DNA of 64,000 bases from Sphyrna mokarran (lineage: Eukaryota): NCBI GenBank assembly GCA_024679065.1, contig JAGIQG010000005.1:99572001-99636000 (forward strand). Direction: 5' to 3'. Position numbers and translations under genes: made by a program. This document shows, piece by piece, positions 13,141-26,541 of this stretch. Each line of letters begins with the position of its first letter. Position 1 is the first letter of the stretch. The notes under the pieces were generated by a model that was given only the letters and a program-made list of their open reading frames with translations, made no database searches and was not told the origin of the DNA.

Positions 13141-14029
13141 GTAATTGTAATCATTTTAGTAATCACCACCATATATGTCCTTGTCTGGCAGAATTAAGGG
13201 ATTATCCTTTCACTCAGTCCATTCCTTTGGGAAGTACTTTAAATAATTTTATCAGTCTTGTTATCATTGCATGTGGGAAATGGCTTTCTTGTTGGAGAAA
13301 GAAAAATTCAATCGGCTTTCACCTCCCTTTATGAAGTTAGTTATCATTACTATTCTGCAGCTGCACTGTTCTTTTCTTCCAAGATCTTTACAGGTTGAAT
13401 GAAGTTTAGCTATGGAGCTTAAAATTGTTCATACAATTGGGAGCTCTTGAGCTGAACATTTATCCAAGTTGTTGGCTTATCTACATCGACTGGAATTTGT
13501 ACACAGTTATTTCAATATATCCTGTTATAGTTTAGGTGCTGACATAATACCACAATACCCTGCATTATTCAAGATGTTTGTATACAACATTCAGTCGGGG
13601 GAAGAGGTCTTAAATCAGAGCAATGTCCCACTCACCAGATTCACTCTGTATATGCTGTTCTATGCCTTGGTAGGTATGTTTTGAGTTTTGCGTGAGCTGA
13701 TTTTCCCTGGATAGGTCAAGGACTTCATTGACATTCAAATATTAAGGTCTGATGGCTTTGTTCAACTTCCTGGAGCTGTACTTTTAGCATATGTCTCTGG
13801 CCATGAAGGAAATGTTGGGCATTAAGGCAAAGCAGGTTCAGAAGAGGGCCAACCAGTTTGATTTTATTCTTGACACATTTTCTGATAGCCCAGAAAGAGC
13901 AGGAGTCGTTGTCCTCTTGTCAGGTGTATGTCTGTTCAATGGGAATTTGAGATTGTGTCCACTGGTTACGTGGCTGGATGAGTCAATCATGAATCAAAGG
14001 GGATGTAATAGTTCTCTCCTCCCTTCCCT

Positions 14030-14560
14030 GCCTCCTGAGTTATTTGCTGATCCCTGGTGGCAAGGATGGGCCACCATGTTGGTAAGTTTGTGGAGGATAC
14101 AGCAGACCATAACTAATCATGATAAATGCTCCAGCAAGCACTGCAATGTTCCTGCACAGTGGTACAGGTAGCAGAACCATTGCTTGGATAACCCAGAGGC
14201 CTACTCAATCATTTTTTTTGTGAGAGCATGTCTCATCAGTATGTTTTTGGGCTGGACACTAGATTCATGATTCAGATGGTAAGAAGATGGTCCTTGTCAC
14301 CCAGCAGGCATTTGATGGTTTGATGTGCTCAAAGACGGATGGGCCAACAGAATGAAAGCATCTGTTGTCAGGATGCCTTGCATTTACCTACATGAAGTGT
14401 AGTGCATAGTGACCCCCAATTGTACATTCAGGGTGTAGAAGCTTTATGTTAGAAACAGTACCTATAAAATTACTGATAGTGAATGGTTTCTTGGTCTATC
14501 AGCAAAACTGTTTTCCTGCAGGTTTTACTTGCCTTTCTTGGTTAAGCAGAACGCCATATA
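14030..14560 (-). pseudogene. PIF/Harbinger (HARBI1-like DDE) transposase relic
   Basis: Minus-strand degenerate motifs occur in the expected order: FYTLNVQLG (cf. GFHSLNVQLVC), HPDNR/DAFIL, CLLGDKD (WLLGDKGY), HALTKKMIE*ASGLSKQWFCYL (TRAVIEQAIGLLKxRFRCL), GTLQC..VMVCCILHKL (GALQY..VVCCVLHN). Confidence 0.7.
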
Positions 14561-14609
14561 AGCACCACGTTTGGCATAGAGAACTAGTCACCTCCCTTAT
14601 GGTATTCAG

Positions 14610-15370
14610 AAAATAATCAGGGTAATGGTCTTTATACCTTGAGGAATAGAATATAAGGGTTCATGTTTCTTTTTTATTCCTTTTGTGGAACATGGGCATC
14701 TCTGGCTGGCCTGGGAGGGCTGCTGAGAGTCAACCACATTGCTGTGGCTCTGGAGTCACACATAGGCCAAGTCAAGGAAGGACGGTAGATTTCCTTCCCG
14801 AAGAACACTAGTGAACCCGATGAGTTTTTCTGACAATTGAAAATGGTTTCATAGTCATCAGTGGATTCTTAATTCCAGATTTTTTTAAATTCAAATTCAA
14901 CCATCTGCCGTGGCAGGATTCAAACCTGGGTCCCCAGGACATTAGCTGAGTATCTAGTGATGATTCCACTGGGCCATGGCATCAGGCATACAAACTATGG
15001 TTAGACTACACCTGGAATATTCGAAGCATTTGTGGCATCATACAATAAAAAGGATATATTAGTTTTGAAGAGAGTGCATTGTAGTTTTACTAGAATGATA
15101 CCTGGAATCCAAGGGTCAAGTTACGGTGAGAGATCAAACAAACTTGGTTTGTATTCCCTGGCATTAAGAAGGTTAATGGTGACTTGATCAAAGTTTTCAA
15201 GTCATTAAACAGAATAAATGGGGTAGATTGGAAGGGATTATTATCACCAGTTGTAGTGTAAGATTGGCAGCATAGTCTAAAAATTAAAGTCCGACCTCTA
15301 AGTAGTGAAATTAGGAAACAGTCCCTCATGAAAAGAGTGGTGTAGAGGTTTGGAATTCTCTCCCGCTAAC
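14610..15370 (+). mobile_element. CR1 3' fragment interrupted by a SINE
   Basis: Degenerate RGIEYK / VRLHLEY / FTRMIPG motifs. Confidence 0.65.
14666..14983 (-). mobile_element. tRNA-headed SINE matching the 5' UTR and 3' tail of the 19478-22573 LINE
   Basis: The minus strand has CAGGTTTGAATCCTGCCACGGCAG..CCAGAGCCACAGCAATGTGGTTGACTCT joined directly to GCCAGCCAGAGATGCCCATGTTCC..GGAATAAAAAAAG. It interrupts a CR1 fragment. Confidence 0.75.
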
Positions 15371-16009
15371 AACAATTAATAACAGTTTGATTTTAATTGT
15401 GTATCATGAGCCTCCTACTCCTTTTTGTGCCTTATCCAATTTAGCCCCCTGAGGATTTTTTTATAATAAATTTGAAACCACCTGCAAAGTATTTGCATTC
15501 TTTAATTGTCCATTACTTTTATTTCTGTTCCTGGTTAACTGAACACTCGCCTGTTTTCTGCAGTTTCCTCCTGCTTAGCTCAAACTGGATTCAGCAATGA
15601 TCTCTATATGTTGCTTCCTCAATCTTTTTCCATCTCCGCATTTCATTGTATAACTGCTGAGCCCATGCTTGAATAGTTTACACGAAAGGCCAATCTGCCT
15701 TGAAGCTCTGGGACTTTGGCCAGCTGCAAAATAAACAAAACAGAACAACAGTCATAACATACCCTCATTCCCCCTCATGCTCATATACTCCTCATGCCTC
15801 ATCTATGCCAACTCATGCCACCACTCCCATTGCGTGTATCAGGGAGATTTCCTTGTGCATATTGGGCAGGTGCCCCTTCAAATTGCCGTGGATGGATTTC
15901 TCCCTTGAGGGCGCTATGCGCGTGGTGGGAGGGTTCCCCCTTGTGCACGTGGCGTGGTGGGGAGTGGTTCCCCCTTGTGCGCGTGGCTTGGTGGTGGTGG
16001 TGTGGTGGT

Positions 16010-16040
<31 letters not shown>

Positions 16041-17884
16041 GCGATTTCTTTTATCCCCCACTCTGTGCAAGTATCGCCCGGGATGGGGAGGGGTGTTGCG
16101 ATATTCCCCCCCCACTCTGTGCAGGTCACGGGGTGGGGGAGGTGCAAATATTCATTTTTGTAATAAATACACCCTTGATAAATGTTATCCTCTGGAGTTG
16201 TGATTTAGCTTGGAGCAGGCAAACCAATCGCAGAAACATTGAAAATAAGAGCAAGAGTAGGCTGTTTGTCCCTTCAAACTTGCTGCACCATCCACAATGA
16301 TCATGACTGATCAACCAACTGAGTAACTATCTTGCCCATTGGTCTCTGATACATGCCCGTCCCCTACCCTGCCTATCCTTTGATCCACTTTGTCCCAGGA
16401 GCTATATCTACCTCCTTGTTGAAAACATACAATGTTTTAACCTTAGCTGTTTTTTTTGTGGTAGGGAATTCCAATTGCTCAGGAACAGGTGATTTTTCAG
16501 ACTTCAAGTGTTTCTTGACCATTTATTTGTTAGATTGTATGAAATTGATTGCTTAATTCAATCAGAAGTTTTTTTCCATGTGATTTTAAAATAAATTGAA
16601 CATTGAAACATTGTACACTGAAATTTTATGCCAATCCACTTAGCTACCTTCATAGCAGGCAGTCTACTTTTCTTGTTGTTTTCTGAATGTTGAAAGTGTA
16701 GTGTAATGGGGATTTTAACCTTCATGTAATGAAATTGGCCTTCAGTATTGTACAGCCATAACAATGCCAGACATATAGCTAAGTGCTCCTTGAGAGCTGA
16801 CATTATACAGAAGCGATCTTTTTTTCTAAACAACTACTGAGAGCTGGCACACAACTGGAGAGCGCAGTCCAGATAATATTACAGCCACTGTCGAAGGTTT
16901 GAGTAACTTGAGGCCTAACAGCTAGTGGGCCTCGTTGTTTCCCGACTGTCGAAGTGTGAAAAGTACAAAGCAGTGTCACTGAAGGACTTGCTGCAAGGCT
17001 TTGATTTCAACAGTGGTAGTTAAAATGTAATCTGAGAAACAGGAAAAGCCAAGGGAAAAAAAAATTGGTGGAGGACAAATAGGATCCTTATAAGTTCATA
17101 GCAATTAACCATGATGCAGTCAAAATGGCATTCTTCTGGATCATGGGAAGGAATTTTTGTACTGATCTTGAGATGATGACCTCATGGTGGTTAATGGACC
17201 AAGTACAAATGTCTCTGTATCTTGATCTGCAGAATACCTTGTGCTTTTTTTAAAGGGTAAGCATGTCAAAGTATGGGTCTGATAGATAAATCACTGTATC
17301 TTAATGTATGTAGAATGATTATTCAAAGTTTTTATTCCTTTAATCTTGCCAGCAGTGGATTATATTTCAATGGACTAAAGCTACTTTTGCCCAGTTCAAT
17401 CTTTATGGTGTATGCCAAGCATCCTCACATAAATACACATTAAATACTAAGAGAGAGAATGTGATTTAGGACATTGATTTTTAGAACTGCAGGTTGAGAG
17501 TTGGTAAATAGTCCCATTACACTGAGGTCATGCTCTGAGCCAAGCTCAAATAGTAAAACACTAAGTATTGTTCGTGGTGTCCCTTTCCAGAAAGGGTTGA
17601 TGTTCAGAAGTGGAGGTTTATAATCTGAATTCTGCAGTCTGGCATGCCTCACTACCGCTGTCAGTGAGAACAGAGAATTTGCGCCTAGCCCAGTCTCCAT
17701 TCACTGTGGTAGGATGGTGAATCCCAGCTGTGAGTGAGGTTGGAGAACTCTAGCCAATGTTTGGGGATCCTGATGCTTTCAAGTAATTTGTGTTTGGAAT
17801 ACTAATAATGCCAATGGAGGGAGACTATGCAACTGTTGCCTCAGAAGCAAAAGTGTCCAAGTTAAACAAGCTGAAGATGGAGAT

Positions 17885-18115
17885 GATTTACCGCACTAAC
17901 CTTCCTGACACTAAGAGGGCAATTTAGCATGGTCAACCAACCTAACCCACACACCTTTGGACTATGGGAAGAAACTGGACCGTTCAGAGGAAACCCACGC
18001 AGATACAGGGAGAATATGCAAACTCCACACGGACAGTCACCCATGGCCGAAATTGAACCCGGGTCCCTGGTGTTGTGAAGCATCAGTGCTAACCACTGTG
18101 CTACAATGCCTCCCT
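17885..18115 (-). mobile_element. V-SINE (HE1-like), 3' truncated
   Basis: Head plus V-domain (GTGTGGAGTTTGCATATTCTCCCTGTATCTGCGTGGGTTTCC). Confidence 0.75.
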
Positions 18116-18369
18116 GTAATGTTTTAATGTTTTAACCAAAAAAAGACCTGCACTATGCGTATTTGGCCATGGCCCACCCAGTGCATGTGCAAAATTTCTA
18201 AGGCCCATTGGAAACTATAGGTCCTGAACTATACTGCTGATTTTAACAGTAAGGTAAACTTGTTTAAAAATAAGCTGAAAACCTCGGGCAAATTGATTCA
18301 GACAAGGCAAATGTCTAATTTTATTTCATATGTATATGGTTATAATATACACTGTTTCACATATATTGT

Positions 18370-18730
18370 ATATAGGTAATCAGGCAGAGTTAATATGGCT
18401 TTGTGAAAAGGAAATTCTGTTTAATCAATAAATTGGAGTTCTTTCAATGAGTCACGTGCTGTGGATTAAGGGGAAACAATTGGATATATTGTACATAGAT
18501 TTCTTGAAGGCATTTGATAAGGTGTCACATCAAAGGTTAATGCAGAAAATAAAAGATCATGGTGTGTAAGGAGTTATATATTGGCATGGATTGAAGATTG
18601 GCTAGCTTCACAGGAAGCAATTAACATGAATGGATCTTTTGCTGGTTGACAGATGTAACGAATGGTGTGCCACAGGGATCAATGCTGAGGCCTTAATTTT
18701 TTACAGTCTGCATAAAAGAATTGGGCAAAC
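18370..18730 (+). mobile_element. CR1 RT fragment
   Basis: Degenerate GFVKRK..DFLKAFDKVSH..GVPQGSML. Confidence 0.7.
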
Positions 18731-19477
18731 TAATTCCCTTCTCTCTCACCTCCCCTTCCCAAAAAGATCCATAATCCATTTATATTAGTGTGAGGGTACG
18801 ATTTTTGAAAGTTGCTGGCAGTGCTGATTTGAAGCTCCATTGCACTGAAGCCCACAATCATACTGTCACAAGCAACTCTTTCTAGTTCCAGATGTTCATT
18901 CAATACTTTTGCATGGAAGTTTCATTATCAAGCTTTTATGTTAAAGCATGATCAAACATTGTAGCTTAAGATAATGTATAGATTTAAGTATTATTCACTG
19001 TTGAACTGGTTCTTTTTGTTGTCAGTTACATAACTTCTCTGTAAGCAGTCTTAGTTTGTGGGTTTAAGATTACTCTGCCTTTTCATTGGTTTTTACTTCT
19101 TTACCTGTAATATTGGCTTACTGACCCTTCAGTAACATTAAATTTGCAAAGACATCTGGCTTCACTTACCTTGTGTTCAGTGTATAATAATTCAACGAAG
19201 ACTAATATTTTAAAGATAATTACAGTGAATATCAAGCTGGACATTCGACAAGAATTCAAAGCTTTTGGTGAAGAAGTGAAACCTATAGACTGCTTACCCA
19301 CAAGCAGCTGGCTACAATATAACCCAGCCTATTGCATATTGACACCTAATGGGGTTTGGCAGCACTCAAGTTCTATTTTTGAGTTTGATTTTTAAATGTG
19401 TCAAAAGTGGGCATATTCCTTAATTTCACAAGTTGGTGCAAGTTTGACCTTTTTAGTTATTCTCTGTTTGTAGCTAA

Positions 19478-22400
19478 GGGATCTAGTGGTATTATTGCTC
19501 AACTATTAATCCAGAAACGTAGATAGTGTTCTGGGAGCCTGGGTTTGAATCCCACCACAGCAGCTGGTGGAATTTGAATTTAATAAAGAATACCTGGCAT
19601 GAAGAGTCTACTAATGACCATAAAATCATTGTCGGTTGTCAGAAAAACCCATCTGGTTCACTAATGTCCTTTTAGGGAAGGAAATTTGCCATCCTGATCT
19701 GGTCTCCAGAGCCACAGCAATGTGATTGACTCTTTACTGCCCTCTGAAATGGCCTAACAAGGCACTCAGTTGTAACAATCGCTACGAAGTCTCAACAAAG
19801 AAATGAAACTGGTGGACTACTGGGCATTGACCTCAGCACTAGAAAAGACAATAGCAAAATGAGCAGCCCTATTGACCCTGCAAAGTCCTCCTTATTAACA
19901 TCTGGGGGCTAGTGCCAAGATTGGGAGAGCTGTCTCACAGATTAGTCAAGGAACAGTGTGATATAGACAGTCTCATGGAATCGTGCCTTACAGATTACAT
20001 CACAGCACCATTACTGTCCTGGATATGTCCTGTCTCATCAACAGGGCAGATCCAGCAGAGTTTGTGGGCGGTACATGCTACATAGTTGCGAGGGAGTTGC
20101 CTTGGGAGTCCTTAACATTGACTGCTGGATCCCATGAAGTCTCATGGCTTCAGATTAAACATGGGCAAGGAAACCTCTTACTGGTTACCATGCACTGTCC
20201 TCCTTCAGCTGATGAATCATTGCTCCTCCATGTTGATCAATACTTGGAGGAGGCACTAAGGATGGCAAGGATACAAATTATACTTTAGATAGGGCATTTC
20301 GATGTCCATCACCAAAAATGGTTTGGCCGCAGCATTGTTGACTGAACTGGTTGGGTTCTAAAGGATATAACTGCTAGACTGGATCTGCAGCAGGAGGTGA
20401 AGGAACTAACAGGAGGAAATAATGTACTTGACCTCATCCTTGCCAATCTGCTGGCTGCAGGTGCATCTGTCCTTGACAGTATCAGTAAGAGTGGCCACCA
20501 CACAATCCTTATGGGGACAAAGTTGCGCTTTCACATTGAGAATAACTTTCATCGTGTTGTGTGGCACTATCACCTGTGCTAAATGGGACAGACTTCGAAC
20601 CGAGCTAGCAACTCAAGACTGTGCATCCATGAGGTGTCGTGGGCCATCAACAGCAGTGGATTTGTACAATCTGCAACCTCATGGCCTGGTGTATTCCTCA
20701 ATCAACCATTACCATTAAGCCAGGGGATCAACCCTGGTTCAATGGAGAGTGCAGAAATGAGATATCAACCTGGTGAAGCTACCAAACAGGACTACTTGCA
20801 TACCAAATGGCAAAAACAGCAAGTGATAGACAGAGCTAAGTGATCCCAAAACCAATGGATAAGATTTAAGCTCTGCAGTTCAGTTGAGAATGGTAATGGA
20901 CAATTAAACAACTCACTGGAGGAGGAGGTTCCACAAATATCCCCATCCTCAATGATGGAGGAGCCCAGCACATCATGCAAAAAATGAGGCTGAAGAATTC
21001 ATAGCAATCTTTAGCTAGATGTGGTGAGTAGATGATCCATCTCCGCCTCCTCCAGTGGTCCCCAGCATCTCAGATGCCGGACTCCAGCCAATTCAATTCA
21101 CTCTACGTAATGTTAACAAATATTTTGCAAGCATCGGATCCTGCAAAGGCAATGGGCCTAATAACATTCTGGCAATAGTACTGAAGACTTGTGCTCCAGA
21201 ACTTGCCACTCCCCTAGCTAAGCTCTTCAGTGCAGTTACAACACTGGCACCTACCCAATAGTGTGAAAATTGCTTAGGGAATATGTCTTCTAACAAAAAG
21301 TGGGACAAATCCAACCTAGTCAATTACTGCCCAATCAGCCCACTTTTGATCATCAGTAAAATGATGAAAAGGGTCATCAAAAGTGCTATCAAGCAGCACT
21401 TGCTCAGTGATGCCCAGTTTGGGTTTTGCCAAGATTACCCAGCTCCTGATATTACATTCTTGGGGTTCAAACATGTACAATCGAGCTGAATTCTAGAGGT
21501 GAGAGTGACACCCCTTGACATTACGCATTTGACAAAGTGTGGCATCAAGGAGCTCCAGCAAAACTGGAATGAGTGGGTATCGGGGCCAAACTTTCCACTG
21601 TTGGAGTCATACCTGGTGCATAGGAAGATAGTTGTGGTTGTGGAGGGTCAGTCATCTAATTTCCAGGATATCTTTGCAGGAGTCCCTCAGGATAATGTCC
21701 CAGGTCCAACAAACTTTGGCTGCTTTGCCTCTTTAAAGGTCAGAAATGGGGATGTTCGCTGATGACTGCACAATATTCAGCACCACACGCAATTCCTCCG
21801 ATATTGAAGCAGTCCATATTCAAATGCAACAAGATCTGGACAAACCTAGGTTTGGGGTGACAAGTAACATTCGCACCACATGAATGCCAGGCAATGAATA
21901 TAACCAATAAGAGACATGCTAACCACCATTCCTTGGCATTCAATAGTGTAACCATCACTGAATCCACCATTGTCAACATCCCTGGGGTTACCATTTGCCA
22001 GAAACTCAACTGGACTCACCACGTAAACACAAGAGCAGGTCAGAGGCTAGGAATACTGTGGAGAGTCACCTCCTGACTCCCCAGAATCTATCCATCTAAA
22101 TGGCAAAAGAAACAGGAGTGTGATGGAATACTGTCCACTTGCCTGGATAGGTGTAGCTCTAACAATGCACAAGAAGCTTGACATCATCCAAGATAAAGCA
22201 GCCCGCTACAATCGTTCAGTCCTTCCATCATCGACATTCAGTAGCAGCAGTGTGTACGATATACAAGATACAACACAGCAATTCACTAAAGGTCCTTAGA
22301 CAGCGCCTTCCAAACCCATGACCACTTCCATCTAGAAGGACAAGGGCAGCAGATGAATGGCAATACCACCATTTACAAGATCTCCACCAAGCCACTTACC

Positions 22401-22573
22401 ACCCTGACTTGGAAATATATCATCGTTCCTTGCTCACTTGATCAAAATCCTGAAATTGTCTTCCTGAACATGGACTGCAGCGATTCAAGAAGGCAGCTCA
22501 TCACCACCTTCTCGAGGGCAATAAATGCTGATCAGCCAGTGATGCCCGTGTCCCTTGAATGAATAAAAAAAAA
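19478..22573 (+). mobile_element. Near full-length decayed CR1-group LINE (Zenon/Crack-like; APE + RT, no ORF1) with a tRNA-SINE-like 5' end
   Basis: B-box-like GGGTTTGAATCCC at 19541-19553. APE motifs (HEVSWLQIKHGQGNLLL, LDLILAN) and RT motifs (LKTCAPELATPLAKLF, NYCPISPLLIISK, AGVPQDNVPGP, FADD) follow. The 3' tail is GGGCAATAAATGCTG..CCCTTGAATGAATAAAAAAAAA. Confidence 0.8.
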
Positions 22574-22577
22574 TTAA

Positions 22578-23502
22578 GGGCATGATTTTTGGATAGCCAC
22601 TGAAAAAGTTGCCTTAAAGCTCTTCTCAGCTTCCCAGACAGTGAACCACCATTTCCCCAAAATGGAATGTTTTGTTTGAAGTAATATGATTGATGCTATG
22701 AAACACATTGACATTAAATATATAGGTTGTTCTTATAACAAACAGTAATTTCACCAATTTCAGGTGTAAGATATCAGCCTCATTGCATTATCTGCAGCCA
22801 GTGGTGTCAACTGAGGAGTCCGGAGGGGTGAATTCAGGGAACTGGTATTGGGACAGAACAGTCACAGTCTGAGATGACAGTGCAATATGCTAAGTTGGCA
22901 GGTCCAGAGTGAAAATCTCGGTTGCTGAAGATCTGCTAAGGGGACAGGAGATGGGGCTCATGGAGGAGGACTATTCAGTTGGCCTGAATAACAGATAGGG
23001 GCAGAGTCAGGGTGGGCAAAGGAATTCCAGTGGATGCTGGCACTGAGGTGAGAGAATGTATGTAGATGTTGATCATGGTGGCGTCCAGTGTAATGTGGGA
23101 AAGTTCAAAGGTGACAGAGGGCAGAAGAATGATAATATTGGATAGGTCAAGGGTGATGGTGATAAGTTGATAAGTGACAAGAACAGAAGAGAGGTGATAG
23201 CCCAAGTCTGGAAAGTGATGGCCGCAAGGACTTGAAAGGAGTAATGCAGATCTTCAGGTCTGTATGAAATGAATGGTTGTCTGGGTGCACTTTAAATGTG
23301 GTGCCAAGATCTTTGACCCTTTGCCAACTTAGGTCTACCCGGTCACGAGATACACCATGCTCCTTGCAGATGCATAATTGATCAGCTGAAAAGCAGAAGA
23401 TTGCATGTGTTCAACTGGATTGTCGGACCATCACCCAGCAAGAATTGCACCAACTTTCCCACCTATCACTGGACTATAGACCCAGAATGGAAAATTCTGC
23501 CC
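22578..23502. mobile_element. Larger non-autonomous element with GGGC-type TIRs
   Basis: GGGCATGATTTT ... GGAAAATTCTGCCC termini; the interior is unexplained. Confidence 0.45.
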
Positions 23503-24169
23503 ATTGTTGCAGGTGATTTGAAGGACAAATCCATTGAGTGAGAAAATTGAGAAATTCAGCATATCAAAAGCAGAATTGGAAAGACTACAAGATTGCATGT
23601 AGTGATAGGGAGTGATGCAAATGCTTGTAATCTTTGTCTACTATTCCTTGTGTTCTTTATAGTTCATATCAACCGCCATTTGCTTTTTAAGTCATGCTTT
23701 ACTTGCATTGATTGTGTTAAAGTTACAAGAAGGGAAACCCTATTGTAATTTTCCATTTGGGTGAATATAGTCTGTGCTTCTTCCCCACCCTCTACTTTCA
23801 GTATGTTTTGTCATGGGATACTGCAGGTTCTGGTAATAATCATGGCAGTCGTGCTGCAAGTTAAGGGGGATGTCATAGGAGAGATCTCTTTCAAAAATGG
23901 TTTCTTATTTCTGAAACATGATCCTTTGTTTTGTGTGTTTAATGATAATGAAGTGTTTTGAAAAATCAGGAATAGTTCCTGCGAGCAAAAAGTGATTTCC
24001 GCGCTATTATTTTAACAAAATCTGACTAAACAAAGCCAGTTCCTTAGTAATAAAAACAAAAAGAAGCAGCCAGGCTCTGGCAAGTCTCTCCAGCAATTTC
24101 TAAATGTATTTCAGATTTCAAGCATCCACAGAAATTTTGCTTTTACTTCAAATCTCTTTATAGTTCGGA

Positions 24170-24702
24170 AAGCTGTCCAACACCTCTACTTAGAAGACTA
24201 AGGAAATTTGGTATGTCTATTATGACTCTCACTAACTTCTACAGATGCACCATAGAAAATATTTTTTTCTGATGTACCACAGTTTAGTATGGCTCCTGCT
24301 CTGCTCAGAAAACTACAAAAGGTTGTGAACGCAGCCCAGTTCATCACTCAAACCTACCTTCCACCCATTGACTCTGTCTGCACTTTCCACTGCGTTGGAA
24401 AAGCAGCCAGTATAATTAAAGATCCCATGCACCCAGAACATCCTCTCTTCCATCAGAAAAAAGAGACAAAAGTCTAAGATCATGTACCAACCGACTGAAC
24501 AACAGCTGCTTCTCGGCTACCATCAGATTTTTGAATGGACCCACTCTCATTAAGTTGAGCTTTCTCGATACACTAGCTATGATTGTAACATTCTGCATTC
24601 TGTCCTTTCTTACTCTGTGTACGGTATGTTTTGTCCGTATAGTGTGCAAGAAACAATGTTGTTCACTGTATATCAATACATGTCTTAATAATAAATCAAA
24701 TT
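24170..24702 (+). mobile_element. Rex1/Babar LINE 3' fragment
   Basis: Colinear with 4240-4800 (LRKLQKVVNAAQFIT..KAASIIKDP). Confidence 0.8.
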
Positions 24703-24923
24703 GAAGAAATAATCTTTAGTATGTGAAGAGTGAATGTTGAATGTTCATGATTGCAGCCTAACAGTTACTATCTCCTGGATTGTACGAGTGACCAAAAGTT
24801 GGAATGAATTTCTATGTCACAATCATGTAGCAAACTGAAAGAAACTTGGATTTCAGGCTTTGGTGCGGCTGTTCATGCACTGTCAGACCTTCTCAGCCAA
24901 GTTTAAGTCTGGAGAAAGAAGTT

Positions 24924-25504
24924 GGCCTGAATTTTTTGGATGACAAGGTCTCATTTCCCACTGAATGCCTGCATCAAATGACTGTTAAGTGCCGGCAAGC
25001 AGAGTTTCTGGCCCTCACTAGGGAGGAAAGCCAACCTCAGAGAGCTTCAGGCCAATCAATTTACTAGCAGCCCTTTAGTCCCCGCAGCGACAGTGCTGCT
25101 TTGGACAGAACAAGAAATGCAAGAGGGCATCAGAGCCCAAGTACAGCACCAGGAGCCTAGGTAAACTCAAATGGTCCCAAGGAGAGGTGGGAAAACCTGG
25201 TGTGTCAAGGAGATGATCGGGCAGAAGTTGGGGAAAGGGAAGCCATGCATGCTGCAGGTTGGAGGCCACTGGACCTTAGGATGGAGATGTGCTCAACATC
25301 AACAGGGGGGGTTCTGATGGAGCGTACCCTGCCTTTCAGCCTGAGATGCCATTCTGTTACAGAAGTTCAATCCTCCCCGCAGCCTGAACCATTCTCTCCC
25401 CCCCCCCCCCCCCCCCCCCCCCCCCGATCCCTCCCTCTTCTCCAACTCCACCTCCTCATCCATCACCTAAAACCCTGCCAATGGGAGAAGTAAAATATTC
25501 TGGA
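24924..25504. mobile_element. GC-rich non-autonomous DNA-transposon-like relic with a poly-C tract
   Basis: GGCCTGAATTTT start and GTAAAATATTCTGG end; GC-rich interior like those at ~15700-16150, ~28260-28930 and ~59300-60150. Confidence 0.4.
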
Positions 25505-26541
25505 TCATCATTTGTCGTGAAAAGTATTTTTTATTGTCATACTGAAACATGACTGTGTTCTTAATGGCCTCTTTACAGATGGGACTATAATAAGTTCTTG
25601 TAGTTTTGTTCTTTACAACAGCTATCAGTAAATTGGGTTTTGAAGCTCTTGGACTTGTCCTGACTTTCTTCAAAACGTTTTTTTTTGTTTTCGTTTGGAG
25701 TTATTTCCAGCGGTGGCAGTCACATGGTGATCAGCAGATTTTTGTTTAATTCATGTGACACAATTCTGTACATATTTTTTGATAAACGTAAGCCTCTGTG
25801 GTTTTTGGCAATCATGTCTGGCTTCCTCTGAATCATTCAACCATCCAAATGCTTCTCATGCAGCATGTCTCTCTATCTGGCCAATTCCACCACTTTCCCA
25901 CAACCAGTGTAACAGACAGATTACTTTTGTCTTTTCCCCTTATTAGTAACAAGTAGTCTTATGTCAAACTTGGGGTCACCCAGACCGATTGCAAACTTGA
26001 CATGACAGTTAATAAGTGGTCGAAGTTGCAGTGCATGTCGCATCACAGCTGGATGCTATTACGTGGTGACTGGTTTGCTGTGACAGTGTTCAGTGTCTTC
26101 TGAATTGTTGCTGGAATTCTGAAGTTTGATTGTGTTTTTTGGAAATAAGTACGAGCTGTGTAATTTAAAAACAAAATATTTTAATGCCACAGACCTCAAA
26201 ATTTGTTAAGGTACAGCCTATATCGCACATTTGGACAAAAGCCCAATGGAACATGAGCAAATTTTGGAGGTTTAATTTTGAATGAAATGTCTAATTGAAT
26301 TCTCTGGTCAAAATGTACTTGTGACAGCATATTTGTACATCACAGTAAACATTTTGGTAAGTTATGAACAGATGTGGAAGGAGGATTTAAAAAGTGACGG
26401 GTTTGAAAAAAATAGAATGGTAGAAATTCGTATTTTAGAAATTCTTATTTTACAAATTCTTACAAGAGTGGGATAATTTCCTGATAAATGACTCCACTCA
26501 TTGTGATTGATCCTTTATATTTCTATTTCTGTTTCCATCAG

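Noticed and set aside
15700-16300. Overlapping 100-168 aa ORFs rich in Gly/Pro
   Set aside because: Artefacts of the poly-G, GC-rich tract; no recognisable domain or splice structure.
1-26541. PXDN exon 1 / promoter
   Set aside because: No signal-peptide or CPSRCLC-type LRRNT coding stretch and no CpG island seen; probably upstream of the window.
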